A stretch of DNA of 64,000 nt from Hyaloraphidium curvatum SAG 235-1 (taxonomy: Eukaryota > Fungi > Monoblepharomycota): positions 248,001-312,000 of the forward strand of contig JAIVFI010000023.1 in assembly GCA_025558095.1 (NCBI GenBank), in the 5' to 3' direction. Under the pieces are notes generated by a model, which did not search any database, was not told where the DNA came from, and was given only the letters and a program-made list of their open reading frames with translations. Below, one piece after another: positions 58,201-64,000 of this stretch; the stretch's first letter is position 1; each line of letters begins with the position of its first letter. The position numbers were made by a program, and so were the translations under genes.

Positions 58201-61200
58201 GAATTCGCGGAATGCCGCGTATTCTCCGAAAAGCCTCACTATGGCCCTGCCGATCGCGAGGGCCTTTCCCGCGATCTCCTTGTCCCTCTTGGTCTTGGGG
58301 TCCGCAGATGGCGTGCCTCGAACCAACAGCACCCCAAGGAATCCGGCGTCGGCGGCCTCCTGCGGTCCGAGGGCCGTAGCTGCGGAGATCATAGGGCGTT
58401 CGGGTACTGCTCGAAGGCTCGGCCGCGGCTGGTCCGCAAGTGGGTCCCCCGCAACGTCGTCGCCGGCCGTCGGTGCCCCACCGCGCCCGCGGATGCGCAC
58501 GTGGAGCACCGTGCCGTCCGACGGCACCTCGTCGGGGTGAACGAGGCGGCCGGCCGACGTTTCGAGGCGGAAGTCGTCCACGCCGAAGTCATCTGCACCA
58601 AACGCGTCCGCTACGATCCACTGCGAGGCTTTAGGTCAGCAACATGCCGGACTGGACAGATCGGCCACGATCCTTACCTGTACGTCGAGGTAGGTGGCAG
58701 AGGCGGGGAGCGCGATTCGGTAAGTGTCGCTCGGGCCAAAGGAAACCATGATGCACTTGTCGGGACGCGCGGAGTCCGTGCCGAAGCCGTGGATCCCCGA
58801 CGGGATCGGTTGGTCCGCGGGCTGCCGCAGCAGCGCTGCCAGCTCCTTGAGGGTGCCGGGGGGGAGGTGAGGCAGGAACCGGGTACGGGACTTGTGGTGC
58901 GTTGAGGGTTTGAAGTGCGGGTCTGGGATGGCATAGTGGCTCCCGTGTGCAAACACGATGCACTCGATCACTGCGGAGGAAGCGTCGCCGTGAGATCTGG
59001 CAATACCTGGAGCATCGGGAACGCCCACCAGTCGCGATCTCGGAGAGCCGGACTTGAGGAAGCGGGGGGAGTGGTCGTCCCTGGAACCATCTCGGCTGTC
59101 CGCTGGACAAATGGCGTGGTGGCAGGGGCTGTCCGCTGGCGGCGACGAAATGCTTGACCTCGTCGGCTGGAAGCGCTGCGTCAGAACTCTGCGAGCCAAA
59201 CACAGTGCAGCGGCGCTCACGGGTGGGGTATCCTCCGCGCTCGTTTCCAAGGTCCCGCGCCGCTTTTGCCACCAGGGCAGGGACCAGGAGCTCGGGACCG
59301 ACCACTGCGGGCGGCCTGGCGTAGCGGTAAGTCCTCCAGTCGAGTCGCACCAGCCGGAATCGCGTGGCCGCGATGATCCATTTGTGGCGCTCCTCGTAGT
59401 CCAGCAAAGTGACGGGGCTTAAGGGCCGGATTGCCGGCGACGGCGTTGCCGGCATCCGAGCCAGGTAGTCCGCGGCGGCGTCGGCCTTGGCTTGCTCCTC
59501 GGCGTCCTCCCCTGACGCAGCGGCCCGCTTCCGCCGAGCTTTTTCGTTGGCTTCCTTCAGCGCCGCGGCGGCACGGGCCCGCGCCTCCACCCGAGCTTCC
59601 TCCAGCGCCGCCAACCGGTCCACCTCCGCGTCGACGGCCGCCACCGCGCCGTCCACGTCCTCCGGGCCGTCCAGCACCGCTTGCGCCCGGGCAGCGGCTG
59701 CCCTGGCCTTGGCGGCTTTGGAGGCCGCAACGTCGGCTTGCCGCCTGGCCCTACCCGCGGCCGCGATCGACGCGCGAAACTTCTCCTCGGCTGCACGGGC
59801 CTTCCGCCATTCGCGCTCCTCCGTCCAGGACTTCTCCTCCAGGCACCGCCCGAGGAGGACCCGGATCCTTTCTCGGGCCTCTTCGTCGGCGGAGGCTGCT
59901 TCGGCTTCGGCTTCCATGATTGCGTCTGCCTTCTCCTCCTCGACGCGGGCCGAAGTCTGGATCGCGTATGCCTAGATATGCGGATGCACGCCGGATTGAG
60001 AACCACGCCCGAGGCTGCAATGTCGAAGGGGACGTACCCGTGCCCGCTTGCAGCACCACCTGTCCACGTTGACCTCGCTCTGCGCCTGCCGCGCCTTGTC
60101 CTGCAGGTAAGCGGCCCAGCCGTCCCAAAAAGCAGCATCGTCCTCGGCTTCCCATACGGCCCGACGGGCGGAATCCGAAAGCAGCGCCTCTGCCTTGCGG
60201 CGGCAGCGCGCGACACCTTGCTTCACCGCATCCAGCGTCGAGCCTGTGCACGCGCCCTTGCCGAGCCCTTTACGAACGGTGAGTCGGGCCTAAAGCCATC
60301 GCGCAGGAGTGCACTACCTCTTGCCTGCTCCTCCGCCTGCCTCCTCGCCGGCGCAAAGACAGTCCGCAGGTCCTTCTTGATTCGCCGGCCACCCTCCAGT
60401 CCAGCAACGGAATCCTGCATCACCTTTGCTTGCTGCTGCATCCGCACAAAGTCTCTGTCCTGCTTGAGGCGGTCGGACGGAGCGGCGCTGGAATCGCGAG
60501 ACATGGCGGGCGTCTTGGGGCTGACCGACGTGCGCGGCGCCTGCTGCTCGACGACGAACTCGCCCGAGCGGGATCTGATGCTGCCGACCAGTTCCGCAGA
60601 TCCGTCCTCCGTTGCTCCAATCCACGCCTGGCGGAGGAAAGGGCAGGTTGGATGTGCGCCAGCGTCGACGACGTTCCGGTGCCACGTACCGCTTTGCGGT
60701 TCGAAGCCGGCGCCCTCTTCCCCTTGACCTGCTCCATCTTGAACACCCGCGCGACCTGATGCGGGTGTTTGCATGAGCTGGCCGCCGGAGCCGCGGTGCT
60801 CGGGGGTGAAACCCACCTTGTCCTCGTTGTTCGACCTGAACCCGATTAGCTGCTCGTCATCGGTGCCTCCGAGCACCGTCGCCTTGATGGTGGTCGGCTT
60901 GCTCTGTCGGATGGCAAAGGATCGCGAAGGGTCAGCTTCTCTGCCCCGCTCGTGCGACGGCCCCGCCGCCCCGTAGATCTCCGGTGCGGAAGCCCGTGAT
61001 GCCCCCACCTTTGCCTTTCCTGGCTCGTTCAACGCCCGCCGGACGGATACGCTGGCCGCCTGGCCGCCGGGCGGGCCCCGCAGCGACGCCGAAGGCTGCG
61101 CCATGGGGGCGCACGGGTTCTCGAAACAGGCGCGGCCGCGCGTCCAAACGACCCGTAGCCGACGAAGAATGGCAATAGAACGCTCCTTGACCTACGCGGA

Positions 61201-61500
61201 GCCGGCGGCGGTCCCGACGAGGCCGCGCCGAGTCGGTGGTCGGTCCGCTAAAGACGCGTCTGCCGCACAGCCGCCCTCCACGCGCCAAGTCAAAGGGCGC
61301 GGCCACTGCAAACCACACGAGCCAAAACCGAGCACGTCTCGGTCCCGAATTCAGCGAAACGCGTGTTTCCGAAGCCGCTTAGGCCTTTGCAGCCTGCGCC
61401 GGCCTGCCTCAGCCCGTCGGAGTTTGCCGAGCATCTCCCGTTCCCTACGCACGACGCTCTGGAACCCGAGATCCCGATGTTATCCCTGGCCCGAGCGCGC
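49189..61500 (-). mobile_element. Large Fanzor-carrying transposon-like insertion (far boundary undefined)
   Basis: Housekeeping genes stop abruptly about 20 nt upstream of the mL58 ATG. More than 12 kb is occupied by one Fanzor-containing gene with a hairpin/(TAG)n end. I recognised no transposase and no matching TIR or TSD within the window. Confidence 0.6.
49254..61104 (-). CDS. Giant multi-exon Fanzor1 (TnpB-like RNA-guided RuvC nuclease) with a very long N-terminal extension; one in-frame TAG at 52825-52827
   Basis: About 29 GT/GC-AG introns keep one frame. WED-like LTPLVSHRFGF and NGVQSNGVELRFV; RuvC-I IPATDPGNKAI (D at 51001-51003); SVEEWSSKLPTPRT..LMDHY; VLPYGDANF..RGRAPTP..LVKSL; RuvC-II FVREFRTSRMCREC (E at 49542-49544); CELC; RuvC-III WSRDISAAFNI (D at 49347-49349); GDRPQGF..* with stop at 49254-49256. 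The nuclease call is firm; continuity of the far N-terminal exons is less certain. Confidence 0.85.
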
Positions 61501-64000
61501 CGGATGGCCGTTCCTGCCGTGGCTGAGTGACCGGGACCCCCCTGGTCACGTCGACCGGGGGTAGCCCCGATCCGCCGACCGCGCCCCGCGCTCTACCTTC
61601 GCCGCGCGACACACCGGTGCTCCTCGGTGCCCATTTCACTCCTTTGCCTGCGAGCTCCCTGGCCGTGTTCCTTTCCACGGCGACTTCCGCCGGCGAGGCA
61701 AAGCGTCGTCCTCGCGGGATCCGAGGACGCTTCCCTTGCTCCCGACCCAAAGCGGTTTCCGCGACGAACACTGTGAAGAGGCTCCGTTGGATGGTCTCGG
61801 CAAGTTTGGATGAGAGGTAGCCGCGGCAGCCGAACTGTGCCGCGCGGCGGGGCAGCGCGCAACGCCGCCTGCGTGCGACGGCCGCCGCCGCCGCTGCGCC
61901 GGCAGCGGCAGAGCAAACTGTGCCCGCGATGCGCTGTCTTTTGCCCGCCGTGTTGGCCGGACGGTGCGGCCGCCGGATGGCCGTGGTGTTCGTCGGCGAG
62001 TCCGGCGCCCTTTTCCGCGCGCGCCAGTTCATCTCGGGTCGGGCGCCACCGATCGGAGACTGGAGACTTTCCAACGCGAAGAATGTTCACGGCGCCTTGG
62101 CACGCGCGGTGGGAGCGCGGTGGGATGGGCGAAAGGTTCGGCCGACCATCGTCTGGCGACCGCGCTCGCCCGCGGTTGATTCTTTCCGCGATCCAGGTCG
62201 ACTGTGCGCGGATTCATCCTCCTTTCCCCCCGATCGTCGTCACCGGACCTGATTACGTGACCTCGATAGCGCGGGCCCGTGGACTTGGCGTCTGGAGAGC
62301 CGGACGCTCGAAGTTGCTGGACGAGTGTGAAGTGGAGCCTATTGCTGTGTAGGAAGGCCTCCGATCGCCCATCGGTTCGCCGTTCTAGCTTTCCACGTCC
62401 ATCATCCGCCGAGATTGGCCGGCTTCGGCGCGTTCCGGGTACTGCGGGACCGTCCTCGTGTGTGAGCTGCTGCGCCTGCGAAAGAATCCGCGATACGACA
62501 AAGATTTTGTTCCATCGCCAACCGTCGCGCATCCCACAACCCCTGGCCTCTCGCGACGTCTTTGAGCCCCGGAAAGCGTGGTTCTGCCCAAGATCAGCTC
62601 CCTGCTTGCGCTGCTGGTCGCCGTCTGGGGCTGCTCTGCAGCCGCATCGCGACACGCGGGAACATGGTCTGGGGCGTGGCATCACGGCACGGCGTCGCAC
62701 CCCTCATGGCGGCAGCCCGGGACCACGTCGAACAGGACCTTGTGCTTGCCATCTGCCTTGAGCACGCACGAGACGTCCTAACTGGCGTCGAACCGAGGGA
62801 TCAGAATACCCGAAGCACGCCATTGCCGAGCAGGCACCGAGGCGCGGCGATCGCCTCGACCACTTCAGTGGTCTTCATCCCGCGCGAGTGTACGCAGAGC
62901 AAGTTATACACCTCTACAGCGGTTTCTTGCCCTTCAAGCTCGAGAAACCCCCACAGGATTGATGATGCAGGTGCTTGACCGTTTTGGCTGGCAGCATTCC
63001 CTGCCCTCATCCACCGCCAACTCAATCGATACATCCATTCCGACATCCCCGATATAATATAGCACCCAAAAACTCGTGATAACCGGGCGGACATGGTCGG
63101 GAACGTGCTGTACTTTGCCCAGTCGTTTGTTCCATCACAGGGAGTCGCGCATCTGGACGATCCCTGCAGATACAAGCACTAGCAGTACAAGCAGTACACG
63201 CTTGCTTGTTGTCATCGCCCTGACTTGCAGAATGGATCTCAATCTCCATAGCTTTTGCCGTTCGGCCGGGCAACTCCGACCCTCCCCGAAGCATGGAGTA
63301 CGTACTTCCATGCTGGGTAGATCTACAATGGCGATAGTCAGCCAAAATGCTGTTACAGACATGCTGTATCTTTTTCGGGGCCCGTGGTGGCCGCAGCTTC
63401 TCACTTTCGGCTTGTCAAGTCGTTTCCGGTCCAACTCGCGCAATTCTAGCCGCCTGCGCGCCCCTCGGCAGAAGCGGGTTCCGCTTCAGCAAACTGCATT
63501 GTGCTGCGGTCATCCTGCGTTGGTAACCGAATCTGCATTGCATTTCCCTCGCCATGCTGCTTCATGCGTCACGCATTTTGCCACACGGCTCGAACCCGTT
63601 CCTGTCTGCGCCGTTACGTGCATCAGACCTGGACAAGGCCTCCCGATGCTCGATTCTGCTGTACCGTTATGTGGACGGTCCACCTCAATGGAGGGAATGA
63701 TGGCAGGTGTCATGATCAGGCGAGGAAAACTCAAGTTGTGGTTCAGAAATCCGAGCTACCGTCCCATCTATGCGTCTTGCTTGGTGCTGCACGCCTCCTT
63801 CGATTGCGTTGTAGGCACTTGGTTGATGATTTCTTCACGTTCAATGCGGCTGGAAGCAAACTCTGGGGCATGTCAAGACTCTGGTAACGTTGCCTACGAG
63901 AGGCGGAATTGGAGGCCATGAATACGGCACTTAACGGCAAGGAAGCCAGGAATCAGTCCCAACATGGATCATAATGACGCATAAAAATGGCTTTTTGAAC

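Noticed and set aside
63076-63921. 281-aa + strand ORF
   Set aside because: No recognisable domain, and its composition and codon usage are atypical for this genome.
1-64000. CRISPR arrays, tRNA or rRNA genes
   Set aside because: No regularly spaced repeats, cloverleaf structures or rRNA-like sequence were seen by eye.

Overview
Gene-dense, GC-rich eukaryotic DNA with many short (~45-65 nt) spliceosomal introns. The gene content suggests an early-diverging (zoosporic) fungus; this is an inference. Bases 1-49,170 hold about 24 host genes: an INTS3 homolog (partial), cyclin B, DNA2, a Dia2/Pof3-type TPR-F-box-LRR protein, SAM50, LCL3, SCS7/FA2H, GatC, a DUF6544-like protein, NimA/NEK2, a type II NADH dehydrogenase, ATG7, ARG1, RPS11, a bacterial-type esterase, ECM4, GPALPP1, VAMP7, RPF1, POL2, mL58 and several unknowns. 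This part also contains a 5'-truncated LINE relic and a ~1.06 kb TSD-flanked insertion that splits the NADH dehydrogenase gene. The main result is at ~49,190-61,104 on the minus strand. Manually splicing about 29 introns joins many ORF-track fragments into one reading frame of roughly 3,400 codons. It ends in a Fanzor1 (eukaryotic TnpB-like RNA-guided nuclease) RuvC domain with all three catalytic residues (DPG, VREFRTSRMCREC, CELC..WSRDISAAFNI). The last two RuvC exons are absent from the ORF track. The very long N-terminal extension includes a ubiquitin-like domain ending in LHVRIRGRGG and Cys/His motifs. One in-frame TAG (52,825-52,827) interrupts the frame. A hairpin-rich candidate omegaRNA and element end lies about 20-30 nt upstream of the mL58 start codon. 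All gene models and family calls come from manual reading and remembered motifs, not database searches.
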